Origin: an uncultured Candidatus Saccharibacteria bacterium
GTDB taxonomy: Bacteria; Patescibacteriota; Saccharimonadia; UBA4664; CAYXHD01
Reading direction: 5' to 3'
DNA: 56,655 nt
Assembly: GCA_964464915.1 (NCBI GenBank)
Contig: CAYXHD010000001.1
Location: 1-56,655, forward strand
The position numbers and the translations under genes were made by a program. Under the pieces are notes generated by a model. It was not told the origin of the DNA and ran no database searches. It saw only the letters and a program-made list of their open reading frames with translations. Positions within the stretch are counted from its first letter, which is position 1; each line of letters opens with the position of its first letter. This document shows positions 44,045 through 52,312 of the stretch, piece by piece.

Positions 44045-46035
44045 GCCTTGATATACAGGATACATTAAGCAAACGGGGTCTTTTGCAGGTGTGTGAAAAA
44101 GCCCAGTGGGAGCGATATTTATATCAGGGGCGGGAAGGCTGGGTTTACCCAATTTTCAATATGGCAGGTAAACCCCACAGTACGCGCCAATTACGTTGGC
44201 GTTCGGCTGACGGCAATAAGCCTAAATTTTCATGGGTCAACGGGCAACCCTCCGGCGCAAAATATTATTATCTAGGCGACCTTAAACAAGCCATTAAAGC
44301 CGGGCGTGGTACGCTTTATATTGCGTTTGGCGACTTGGATATGCTGACCTTTCAGGCGGCAGGTATTCAAAACGTTTTGACGTGGTTTGGGGAGTTGTCA
44401 GTCCCGGATGGTTTAATTGAACACCTAGAATTACTCGGTGTTGAGAACCTCAAGTTATATCCTGATTGTGATTCGATTGGGATGCAAACGGCATGGAAAG
44501 TATGGGAGATGACGGACGCGGTAGCTCTTAATTGTGAGTTTTATCGCCTGCCCTATGAGATGGGTAGTAAAAAGGACACCAATGATTTATGGATTGATAG
44601 CGCGTTTGATGCGCTTAAATTTAAACAAGCCCTCGTAGATTGTCCACCTATCCCGATTAATGAACTGGCGCTTTACAATCGCACGCTTGCCAAGTCCCTA
44701 ACAAAACCACCTGACGAAACGATTCATGATTTATGGATTGAATACATCGAAAAAGTTAAGGCGCTACTCGGTACGCCTGTATTGCGGGAGGGTCATGTAG
44801 ACCGCTGGTTATGCCCGTTGCCATCGCACACGGAAAAACATCCGAGTTTTAGAATTAGCTACGATAAAGTGCCGCATGGTTGGCCTAACTGTTCATGCGG
44901 GATTCAAGACGATAAAGACGCATGGAAACAAGTCGGAGCCGCGCTGGGTATCGTCTGGCAGGATTATCTAAAAGAACATACCCCGCAACCCGCCCTGAAG
45001 GGGAATTTAAATCAAGCGCCGGAAACGATACAACCCGCCATCGAGTTAGATGAGTTTTATAGCATTCGTAGCATGGCCTTACATGACCTTTCAGAAGAAT
45101 TACAGGGGGTCAAAACGCTATCAGAACCTATATTGATGCCTTTTAGTACCTTGCATCAATTTGAGGGCATGTGTGAGGTTATGTGGACTGGAAAACTCAT
45201 TTTTACATTAGGGGTATCGGGTGGGGGTAAAACCTCATTCATGGAAACTAATCTCGAAAAGCTACTCCGTGATGGGTACGATGCGATTGTGTTTGGCCCG
45301 GAGTGGACAGGTGGCGAGTATGCTCAGCGTTCGATTCATCGTAATGGCGATATTATGCACGCTGGCATTAGCAACCGCGAGTTAGACTTCCATAAATTAG
45401 CCTTATGGGAGCAGGCCAATAATGTAGAGCCTAAAAAACGACGTGGGCAATTACTCCCTGAAGATAGAATTAAGGGTATTGTTGGGTTATCGCGTCAACT
45501 TCAAAACTGGCCCGGTGAGGCGTATTATCTGCAAAAGAAACGCGATACCACGTTTGACATGCTGCTTGAGATGACGGCTAAGATTATTGAGAAAAAACGT
45601 CAACAGGGGCGGCGTGTACCGTTTTTATTTTGGGATTATATTGACCGTACCCCCTCATTTGGGAAACGTGATTTTGAGTGGTTGGAATTGGTAGCGGAAA
45701 AACTAAAGACGTTCTGCATGGATATGGATATTGTGGGCTGGGTATTTGCCCAGCCGCGCAAAGATGATAGTCAAAATGTACGTGACGGCAAGGTATTAGA
45801 TGCCTCAAGCGCCCGTAATTTGAGTGATAATCAATGTAATTTGTATCTCACTTTGAATCTCATTTATGAGGATAATCGGGCGACCAATCGCGGCATTATC
45901 AACGTGGTTAAAAATAGCACAGGGAAAACTGGACAGGTGGAGGTGTTTACCGACTTGCAACATTTAGCATGGATAGATAAAGAAGTGCAGAAACAGACCA
46001 TCAATTTGAATGAAGGATATAACAATGGCAAATAA
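44041..46035 (+). CDS. primase-helicase (Toprim + DnaB-like P-loop, 664 aa)
   Basis: Toprim-like LYIAFGDLD...LYPDCDSIG. Cys/His zinc motif. Walker A GVSGGGKTSF. Confidence 0.75.
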   Translation: MSLDIQDTLSKRGLLQVCEKAQWERYLYQGREGWVYPIFNMAGKPHSTRQLRWRSADGNKPKFSWVNGQPSGAKYYYLGDLKQAIKAGRGTLYIAFGDLDMLTFQAAGIQNVLTWFGELSVPDGLIEHLELLGVENLKLYPDCDSIGMQTAWKVWEMTDAVALNCEFYRLPYEMGSKKDTNDLWIDSAFDALKFKQALVDCPPIPINELALYNRTLAKSLTKPPDETIHDLWIEYIEKVKALLGTPVLREGHVDRWLCPLPSHTEKHPSFRISYDKVPHGWPNCSCGIQDDKDAWKQVGAALGIVWQDYLKEHTPQPALKGNLNQAPETIQPAIELDEFYSIRSMALHDLSEELQGVKTLSEPILMPFSTLHQFEGMCEVMWTGKLIFTLGVSGGGKTSFMETNLEKLLRDGYDAIVFGPEWTGGEYAQRSIHRNGDIMHAGISNRELDFHKLALWEQANNVEPKKRRGQLLPEDRIKGIVGLSRQLQNWPGEAYYLQKKRDTTFDMLLEMTAKIIEKKRQQGRRVPFLFWDYIDRTPSFGKRDFEWLELVAEKLKTFCMDMDIVGWVFAQPRKDDSQNVRDGKVLDASSARNLSDNQCNLYLTLNLIYEDNRATNRGIINVVKNSTGKTGQVEVFTDLQHLAWIDKEVQKQTINLNEGYNNGK

Positions 46036-46231
46036 AGAAAATGTCTACGAGTTTGTAGCGCGATTAGACGGTAATCTGATAGATTGCACGGATGAGGAAT
46101 TAGGCCGGTACGGGCCATATGCGCTACTCGAAGCCTTATACGAATATTGGGGCGGCTTGCCGTCCCTCACTTTATGTTGTGAAAATGATGACGAATTGAT
46201 TAGTTTTACCGACGTCGGTAAAGGACAATGA
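46025..46231 (+). CDS. hypothetical protein (68 aa)
   Basis: GAAGGA 8 nt upstream of the ATG at 46025. The last 8 codons carry palindrome copy 46205. Confidence 0.5.
   Translation: MANKENVYEFVARLDGNLIDCTDEELGRYGPYALLEALYEYWGGLPSLTLCCENDDELISFTDVGKGQ
46205..46222. repeat. palindrome family copy (perfect 18-mer)
   Basis: TTTACCGACGTCGGTAAA, as F-T-D-V-G-K, 2 codons before the stop. Confidence 0.85.
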
Positions 46232-46641
46232 TTATGAATCTCTATCTTGCATCTGAATATGATTACAAACGTGGTTATGGCGCGTATTGTGCGCTATTTG
46301 AACAGGATAATCAGCAGGTCCTTCGCGGCTGGCGTACTCAGCAAAAGGCGACGGATGATAGTTTGGCGCTCGATTGTGCGATTGATGCGTTAGAGCAGTT
46401 TACGCACATCATCCCGGTGACAGTTTACACCCAGAATCATTATTTGCTGAAAGGGTGTACGACGCACTGGTTAGAGCGGGTACAAAAAATGAATAGTCAA
46501 ATGTCGGTTCCACACGTCAAATTATGGCAGTTTCTTGACCGCCATTTAGATGAGTGGCGTAGTCATGATGTAGCGCTTGAGTGGAAGCTGGGTACTCATC
46601 CGATAACACAAAAAGAACTCGCTCGATTGATGGTGAAATAG
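46228..46641 (+). CDS. RNase HI-like fold protein with substituted catalytic residues (137 aa)
   Basis: Hand alignment to E. coli RNase HI: GYGAY/GYGAI, AIDALE/AIVALE, VKLW/VDLW, LEWK/WEWVK. Positions D10, E48 and D70 read A, A and Q. Confidence 0.45.
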   Translation: MIMNLYLASEYDYKRGYGAYCALFEQDNQQVLRGWRTQQKATDDSLALDCAIDALEQFTHIIPVTVYTQNHYLLKGCTTHWLERVQKMNSQMSVPHVKLWQFLDRHLDEWRSHDVALEWKLGTHPITQKELARLMVK

Positions 46642-46735
46642 CCGTTTGTGTGGTAAAATAAAGGTGTATCTGAAATAGGCCAGTGGTAAACGTCTAAAGT
46701 AGGATGCACCCGGCCTCATTACGAGGTCACTCGAC

Positions 46736-46767
46736 AAATCAAAAAGCCCCAACTGTCAGGCGGGGCT
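46736..46767 (-). terminator. hairpin with the A tract on its plus-strand 5' side
   Basis: AAATCAAAAAGCCCC-n11-GGGGCT. Minus-strand reading gives the stem followed by TTTTTGATTTG. Confidence 0.35.
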
Positions 46768-46789
46768 AATCGAAAGGACAATATCTCTA

Positions 46790-47716
46790 ATGGGTAAATC
46801 CATTATACAGCAACTCCCCCTATTTGACGATAGGCCGCTACCTTTACTTGTCGCTGAAAAGTGGACATTTAATCTACGTTATCAAGTCATTGACGGCGTG
46901 TATTATTTTAGAGTCCATGAGTGGCTATCTGGTTTGGTTGACCTGAAATATGCTAATCAGGCCATTCGCAATTTACGCATGAATAACTTTTTTGATGACA
47001 GTGTTTTTTCAACAAACATTGTCATCGAAACCGCTCCCAATCGCCAGCAAGTCGTATTCGAATATTGTACCGATGTTGCATTATACAAAATAGCGCAGGA
47101 TATACGGGTAACAGACAAACGAAAGCAATTTACGCCTATTCAGGACATTCTAGACTTTCTCGCTGAGGCAGGTGCTTTTGTTGACCTTGCGCGGCGGGAA
47201 CCTCAAAAAGCGAAGGCGATTGTTAGTCAGTGGGAACGCACCAAAGAACGCGCTAAACTGATTAATGAGGGATACACGCCCGAAGAAGTGGATGAGTGGT
47301 TATCTATGCGACAATTGCAGCAGGAAACACACCACCAGTTAACAAGCGAATGGTCACAGCGTCGAGTAAAAGGCCGTGAATATGGGCGCTTGACCAACGA
47401 AACAACTGAGGCCGCAACGGGCAAAACAGCAAGTCAGTTAAAGCGTGAATTAGAAATAACCGATAGTCCACGTAAATATTTATCAGCAGCACAAAACGCG
47501 GCTATTCAAATTGTGGAGTCGCTTAGTATTGTATTTCACACTAGCCGCAATTCGCAGGGCATAGAGGAATTATCGGAAGATATACAAGACACGCGCCCGA
47601 TTATTGACGCCGCACGCCCTGAAATTGAACGGGCTTTTTCTAAAAAGCCACGCCGCCTCAAGAATCAAGATCAACCTAAATTGATTGATGGCACGATAAG
47701 GACTAAGCAGCCATGA
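46790..47716 (+). CDS. Bro-N / DinD-like DNA-binding protein (308 aa)
   Basis: N-terminal VIDGVYYFRVHEWLSGL resembles Bro-N. C-terminal EYGRLTNETTEAATGKTASQLK resembles the DinD/KilA-C region. Confidence 0.4.
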   Translation: MGKSIIQQLPLFDDRPLPLLVAEKWTFNLRYQVIDGVYYFRVHEWLSGLVDLKYANQAIRNLRMNNFFDDSVFSTNIVIETAPNRQQVVFEYCTDVALYKIAQDIRVTDKRKQFTPIQDILDFLAEAGAFVDLARREPQKAKAIVSQWERTKERAKLINEGYTPEEVDEWLSMRQLQQETHHQLTSEWSQRRVKGREYGRLTNETTEAATGKTASQLKRELEITDSPRKYLSAAQNAAIQIVESLSIVFHTSRNSQGIEELSEDIQDTRPIIDAARPEIERAFSKKPRRLKNQDQPKLIDGTIRTKQP

Positions 47717-47952
47717 ATGATACTGACCTGCACGCCGCTAGATTACGCTTTCGCGCTATCGTCGAATCGGGTGTACCTGACCCGATTAACCAATTTTTGA
47801 TAGGGGAGGGACTCGCCTCACCGACTAAAGAAGCCCAACTTAGCGTTACGCCACCGCCGCGTTTTGACCCGCCGGATAGTTGGCGTATGCCTATCGGGTG
47901 TGCAAACTATCCCCTCCAAGATGAGGGGTATCGCTTGCCGGGTTTATGCTAA
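47713..47952 (+). CDS. hypothetical protein (79 aa)
   Basis: ATGA overlap. Confidence 0.45.
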   Translation: MNDTDLHAARLRFRAIVESGVPDPINQFLIGEGLASPTKEAQLSVTPPPRFDPPDSWRMPIGCANYPLQDEGYRLPGLC

Positions 47953-47961
47953 AATTGGTAC

Positions 47962-47991
47962 TTGACACAAAATATAAAACCATGCTATACT
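47962..47991 (+). promoter_or_regulatory. sigma70 consensus promoter with ATAAAGTGAAGTG leader (47998..48010)
   Basis: TTGACA-18-TATACT with TGC (extended -10). Confidence 0.65.
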
Positions 47992-48035
47992 AAGTACATA
48001 AAGTGAAGTGACAGACAACAAACGGAGCAACGACA

Positions 48036-48821
48036 ATGACCAAATTAACCGCCAAACAAGAAACTTTTTTAAAACTAATCGCCACATTGGGCGAAACATA
48101 CGTTAGTACCCAAGCGACGCAAGGTTACTTGCGTACTGCCAACGAATTGCGATTGAATGGGTTAGTTGCCTGCACAGACGAATATAATTACGGTGATACC
48201 TTTGCTATCACCCCCGCCGGGTTAGCCTATGTGTATCAAGACGCCCCGATGGTTGACCAACCGCAACCCGCCGATGAAACCACCATCGATGGCGATGTTT
48301 CCTTTTATGCCGATGGCAAGCCTCAAGACGGGGTGATTGTGGCAGGAACTGACCGCTATGGTTATACCGTCAAGTCGGTAAACGGTGTGGTGTATGACGA
48401 AATTAAACGCGGTGATATTGAGCCACGTTTAGCCGATGAGGTTGACGACTTGCCATTTAGCGACGTGGGCAAAGAGGACACGCAGGAAGCCCCGGCGGTG
48501 ATTGATGATACCCCACCCACCCTCAGCAACCTCATTGATGCTGCGCTTGACCCTGAGAACATGGCAGCATATGCGGCGCTTAAAGCCTACGACTTTGCAT
48601 CTACTCCCCTTTGGGCGCTTGAAATCGAACGCGATGACGTTAATGCGTACAAGTGGCAGATTTGGCATGAACTTCGCAAAATGCCTTACGGCGTGATGGG
48701 TAGCAATCCCGACTATGCCGCCAAACAACTCGAAGTTGACCGGGCGTTTAACGTGATGGCTATCCTCAATGATGCCATTTACAGTTGTCACAAGGGGGTA
48801 GGCTTTAATGTACTCGACTAA
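48036..48821 (+). CDS. hypothetical protein (261 aa)
   Basis: ACGGAG 8 nt upstream. Acidic central region. Confidence 0.6.
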   Translation: MTKLTAKQETFLKLIATLGETYVSTQATQGYLRTANELRLNGLVACTDEYNYGDTFAITPAGLAYVYQDAPMVDQPQPADETTIDGDVSFYADGKPQDGVIVAGTDRYGYTVKSVNGVVYDEIKRGDIEPRLADEVDDLPFSDVGKEDTQEAPAVIDDTPPTLSNLIDAALDPENMAAYAALKAYDFASTPLWALEIERDDVNAYKWQIWHELRKMPYGVMGSNPDYAAKQLEVDRAFNVMAILNDAIYSCHKGVGFNVLD

Positions 48822-49053
48822 CCGACGTGGTTTAACCGTTGACGATTGTGTGTATATGGCACTCCACACCAGCAACATCCACTTACGACAATACTGGATG
48901 TCACAAGCGCAAACGCTGATGAATCGCCAGCCCGTCAACCGCCAGCCCGATGGGGGATTGACCATGCAAAAAGGTAGTTTGTATCGCCAGCAGTCGCGGC
49001 AGGCGCACCGGGCGCGGATCGAACGCACGTACCGCTATGGCACAAATTATTAA
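48808..49053 (+). CDS. hypothetical basic protein (81 aa)
   Basis: Overlaps the upstream gene by 14 nt. Followed by terminator 49063. Confidence 0.45.
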   Translation: MYSTNRRGLTVDDCVYMALHTSNIHLRQYWMSQAQTLMNRQPVNRQPDGGLTMQKGSLYRQQSRQAHRARIERTYRYGTNY

Positions 49054-49062
49054 CTACTTACA

Positions 49063-49097
49063 ACCCTCCTGATTTTAGGAGGGTATTTTTCTATTTT
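49063..49097 (+). terminator. intrinsic terminator
   Basis: ACCCTCC-n8-GGAGGGT followed by ATTTTTCTATTTTG. Confidence 0.75.
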
Positions 49098-49102
49098 GAT
49101 GC

Positions 49103-49131
49103 TTGACACAAAATATAAAACCAACTATACT
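49103..49131 (+). promoter_or_regulatory. sigma70 consensus promoter with ATAAAGTGAAGTG leader (49139..49151)
   Basis: TTGACA-17-TATACT. Confidence 0.65.
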
Positions 49132-49168
49132 TAGTAGTATAAAGTGAAGTGGAAACGGAGTAATCAAC

Positions 49169-49375
49169 ATGTCATTTCAACAAAAAGAAGCCAAAATCAT
49201 CAAATTCGCAAAACACTTGCGAATTGACCACAAAATCAAGCCCGTATTGACCAACGGAATTGCACGCTATAACTTCTCAGATAAAAGTGCAATTGAAATC
49301 AACCTTGCTACATTGACCACTACGCTCATTACTAAATCCGGTAAGTGCCGAATCTATCCGGAGCAGTGGAGTTAA
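49169..49375 (+). CDS. hypothetical protein (68 aa)
   Basis: ACGGAG 8 nt upstream. Confidence 0.55.
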   Translation: MSFQQKEAKIIKFAKHLRIDHKIKPVLTNGIARYNFSDKSAIEINLATLTTTLITKSGKCRIYPEQWS

Positions 49376-49377
49376 CC

Positions 49378-49674
49378 ATGTTTATCATCACCGCAAATCA
49401 AGATGGTCAGACTCGAAAAATTGCTAGTAATTGGCAGGGTGTCATCGCCTTCATGCGTATGAACATTGATGCTGCTGAGTACCGCGAAGTTCACACCTAC
49501 GTTAGTGAATCGCTGGCGGCTGGGTACGTATCCGCTGGCTGGCAGTGGGCCAATGGCGATAGTTTTGAGGTCTACTATCCTGAGAATAAAGTTTTACCGA
49601 CGTCGGTAGAGCCGCTAGTGGCAGTCAATCCCCTGCGTCAATTTGTCAATCACATTGTATCTGCAATTCTATAG
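49378..49674 (+). CDS. hypothetical protein (98 aa)
   Basis: ATG 2 nt after the upstream stop. Carries palindrome copy 49593. Confidence 0.5.
   Translation: MFIITANQDGQTRKIASNWQGVIAFMRMNIDAAEYREVHTYVSESLAAGYVSAGWQWANGDSFEVYYPENKVLPTSVEPLVAVNPLRQFVNHIVSAIL
49593..49608. repeat. palindrome family copy
   Basis: TTTACCGACGTCGGTA, as L-P-T-S-V near the C-terminus of 49378..49674. Confidence 0.8.
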
Positions 49675-49683
49675 GAGCCTAAA

Positions 49684-49902
49684 ATGGATAAAATACCGAC
49701 CGTTATTCAGGTACTTAAAGGCATGGATGAGGCTTATCGCCAGATGTTCCATAAACGGGCGTTAGAACTCGAACTTGCCGCCCGTGCGAGTGGTCAGCAC
49801 GAACTCGCTGAGTTGTATGCGGAAGTGGTAGACGCCTACCTAGATGCGTTTGACGTGGCATGGCTTGAGGATGATATAGAGTTTGAGGAGTTAGTGGCAT
49901 GA
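49684..49902 (+). CDS. hypothetical acidic helical protein (72 aa)
   Basis: AGGAG upstream. ATGA overlap with the next gene. Confidence 0.5.
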   Translation: MDKIPTVIQVLKGMDEAYRQMFHKRALELELAARASGQHELAELYAEVVDAYLDAFDVAWLEDDIEFEELVA

Positions 49903-50234
49903 ACACCGTATCGGCTCAACTCATCGCCTCTAAAACCGTTAAAGCCTTTTTAGGCACACTCAACACCAGCGACCAAAACAAAGTGCTGCATGAATTATCG
50001 TTAATCGCAGATGGTCAAAGCCTCGACTTCGCACCCGTGCGTAACCCGGTAATTGTGGACTGGTGCAAGGCGCATGGCCTGAATGAGCCACAACGGTTTA
50101 AGTTAATGTCTATCGCCCCTGACAAGGGCGGTATTCGGTTGATTTTTGCTTTTACTTTAGAGCAAAACCCGCGCTTGATGTACGTATTACGCGCCGGGTA
50201 TCGTGATGAGAACATTTACGGGGATGGGCGCTAA
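49899..50234 (+). CDS. RelE/HigB (Gp49)-like toxin-fold protein (111 aa)
   Basis: VKAFLGTLNTSDQNKVLHELSLIADG and GGIRLIFAF...MYVLRAGYRDENIY resemble the Gp49/HigB family. Confidence 0.4.
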   Translation: MNTVSAQLIASKTVKAFLGTLNTSDQNKVLHELSLIADGQSLDFAPVRNPVIVDWCKAHGLNEPQRFKLMSIAPDKGGIRLIFAFTLEQNPRLMYVLRAGYRDENIYGDGR

Positions 50235-50425
50235 TGGATACAGTGTTAGACCTACTCGATACCCACTACCCGCATATTGAGGGGTGGGAGCGTATCGTTT
50301 ACAGCTATCGTGTGGCGAAATATTGCGATGCGGTAGGAATTGATTATCCGACCGCCAGCCCCGCACTCGATACAGTTATGGCAGTGATTGATGAATGGTG
50401 GTTATCCAATGTTCTCTATCAATGA
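50234..50425 (+). CDS. hypothetical protein (63 aa)
   Basis: TAATG coupling. Confidence 0.45.
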   Translation: MDTVLDLLDTHYPHIEGWERIVYSYRVAKYCDAVGIDYPTASPALDTVMAVIDEWWLSNVLYQ

Positions 50426-50588
50426 CCGCGTGCAAGTGAACGCGAAATACTGGCGACGTTGGAATCGAAACTATCGCCAGCCGCAGGTAGGAACCATCCG
50501 GCATTTGTACCCGCTGATGGTTGAGTTCGATGATATGCCGAATGTGTTGGTTGAGGTAAAAGCTAAGTTACTGCGAAAGGTTGAATAA
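50409..50588 (+). CDS. hypothetical protein (59 aa)
   Basis: Internal ATG of ORF 50388..50588. Confidence 0.4.
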   Translation: MFSINDRVQVNAKYWRRWNRNYRQPQVGTIRHLYPLMVEFDDMPNVLVEVKAKLLRKVE

Positions 50589-50935
50589 TGATAAAACTCA
50601 CCTTACCGTTACCGCCCTCAGCCAATCAGAATTATAGCCATAACACGCGAGGGGTATATCTGTCACCACAATCCCGCGCCTATCGTCAAGAGGTGGCACT
50701 CATGTTGAATCAACTCGATATTGCTCCGATTGAGGGCAACGTAAGTTTGACCGCACGGGTATACCGCCGCCGCAAAAATCAGGACGTGGGTAACTTTGGC
50801 AAAATCCTTGAGGATGTTTTACAGGGGTACTGTTATCTCAATGATGTACAGATCAAAGAAACCCACTATTATCGCGAATATGACCCTAAAAACCCGCGTG
50901 TAGAGGTAGAGATTGAGGCGGTTTATCCAATATGA
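50588..50935 (+). CDS. rusA: RusA-family Holliday junction resolvase (115 aa)
   Basis: LPLPPSANQNY...QDVGNFGKILEDVL...YLNDVQI, with typical size. Confidence 0.8.
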   Translation: MIKLTLPLPPSANQNYSHNTRGVYLSPQSRAYRQEVALMLNQLDIAPIEGNVSLTARVYRRRKNQDVGNFGKILEDVLQGYCYLNDVQIKETHYYREYDPKNPRVEVEIEAVYPI

Positions 50936-51360
50936 ATATCTTACTTATCACGGGAAGCCGTGTATGTACTCGTGAAATGGAACAGCGTGCTGAAAGTGCG
51001 GTGTGGAAAGCACAAGAAAAAGGCTACTCGATTATCGTAGGTGATGCTATCGGCATTGATTTCGCAGTGGTTAGCGCTTGCAATGCTTTAGGAGTGCCTT
51101 ATGTGTGCTATGGAGTAACCACCATTCCACGCCAGCAACAGCTATGTTATCCCTATATACAAATTCATTTTGAAGGTACATGGCCTGAGCGGTTTCTGGC
51201 AAGAAATCGGCATATGGCAGATTTAGCGAACGAATGCTTAGCGATATGGGATGGTAAAAGTCGAGGCACGCTTTATACCTACAAGTATTTTAAGTCACTG
51301 GGTAAATTATGTTGGCTTTTAGATTTTAGTCGCCCGAAAGGGAAAAGGTATGTTAAGTAG
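50932..51360 (+). CDS. SLOG/DUF2493-like Rossmann protein (142 aa)
   Basis: LLITGSR...IIVGDAIGIDFAV...RNRHMADLANECLAIWDGKSRGT. Confidence 0.6.
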   Translation: MNILLITGSRVCTREMEQRAESAVWKAQEKGYSIIVGDAIGIDFAVVSACNALGVPYVCYGVTTIPRQQQLCYPYIQIHFEGTWPERFLARNRHMADLANECLAIWDGKSRGTLYTYKYFKSLGKLCWLLDFSRPKGKRYVK

Positions 51361-51547
51361 ATACACCATTCAGGAGTGGCGCAAAGATAGTCGGGGTGTA
51401 CCCATCCGACACATTATCGCGGATACATGGTCAGACGACTTAGAGGCCGTGAAACGACAAACCAACCGCCGCGCAAAAAATAACCAGTCGTTAGTGGTGG
51501 TGATAGACGAGTTGTACCGAACAGTTTACAGCACGAAAGGCAAATGA
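51350..51547 (+). CDS. hypothetical protein (65 aa)
   Basis: Overlapping start. Confidence 0.45.
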   Translation: MLSRYTIQEWRKDSRGVPIRHIIADTWSDDLEAVKRQTNRRAKNNQSLVVVIDELYRTVYSTKGK

Positions 51548-51551
51548 CCCC

Positions 51552-51953
51552 ATGATTTTAAATGATGACTACGTACTCCCAGAGGACGCCGCAACCATGA
51601 AAGGTCTATCAACGCAGATTGTCTATCGCCTATGCCGTCAAGGGATTTTGGAGAGTGTCAAGGTTAAAAACCGCGTGTATGTGCTGCGCGAATCGCTTGA
51701 GGCGCTTAATACCGACCTGCGTAAAGTCGGACGCCCAGCCATTCGGCACGATATGGAACTAGCGACACGCTGTAGACAAGCGCGGATAGATAGTGGCATT
51801 AAGTTTAGTGACGCGGCTCAATTGTTGCGTATCTCAGAATCAACCCTGAGCCTACGTGAACGCGGCCTACGCTCGATTAGCAAACTCGACCTAAGCCTGA
51901 TGGCAGAGGTGTATGGCGTCAGCGCTAAATGGCTTGAAAGTGGGCATGAATGA
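51552..51953 (+). CDS. DNA-binding regulator with two HTH modules (133 aa)
   Basis: N-terminal excisionase/MerR-like HTH (AATMKGLSTQIVYRLCRQG). C-terminal XRE-like HTH (IKFSDAAQLLRISESTLSLRERG). Confidence 0.6.
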   Translation: MILNDDYVLPEDAATMKGLSTQIVYRLCRQGILESVKVKNRVYVLRESLEALNTDLRKVGRPAIRHDMELATRCRQARIDSGIKFSDAAQLLRISESTLSLRERGLRSISKLDLSLMAEVYGVSAKWLESGHE

Positions 51954-52046
51954 CGCTGACCTGCTGCGATGTGGGGTTAATCGGGTTGGTGGTGTTGGGG
52001 GTAATCAGTTTTGCCCCTGACATTATGAAATTTATCCGAAAATAGG

Positions 52047-52076
52047 TTGATATAAACTGTAAAAGTGTGATATGAT
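52047..52076 (+). promoter_or_regulatory. sigma70-like promoter with ATAAAGTGAAGTG leader (52083..52095)
   Basis: TTGATA-18-TATGAT with TGA (extended -10). Confidence 0.55.
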
Positions 52077-52120
52077 AGATACATAAAGTGAAGTGACAGA
52101 CAACCAACGGAGCAACGACA

Positions 52121-52285
52121 ATGGCAACCCTACCCACAACTATCCTACACAATAACCGTGTCTTTATCGTCGCTGAGGCGGTTGTCCTACCGAATGGCTT
52201 CGGATGGCAGCTATTCACCCACGACGCGGTGAATGATTTACCCCGTTTGTTTGTTGTCAAATTCGATGGAACCGTAATCGCGTAA
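52121..52285 (+). CDS. mini-ORF (54 aa), below the ORF-track cutoff
   Basis: Leader is identical except for 1 nt to that of 48036. ACGGAG 8 nt upstream. Confidence 0.5.
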   Translation: MATLPTTILHNNRVFIVAEAVVLPNGFGWQLFTHDAVNDLPRLFVVKFDGTVIA

Positions 52286-52312
52286 AGTGAAAGCAAATAG
52301 GAGCAAATGAAC

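Noticed and set aside
48429-49028. 199-aa minus-strand ORF
   Set aside because: It is antisense to 48036..48821 and 48808..49053, which sit behind a consensus promoter and RBS. Its Cys/Arg/Trp-rich composition is not protein-like.
51946-52020. 24-codon ATGA-coupled frame after the HTH regulator
   Set aside because: It is too short, Gly/Val-rich, and has no independent support.
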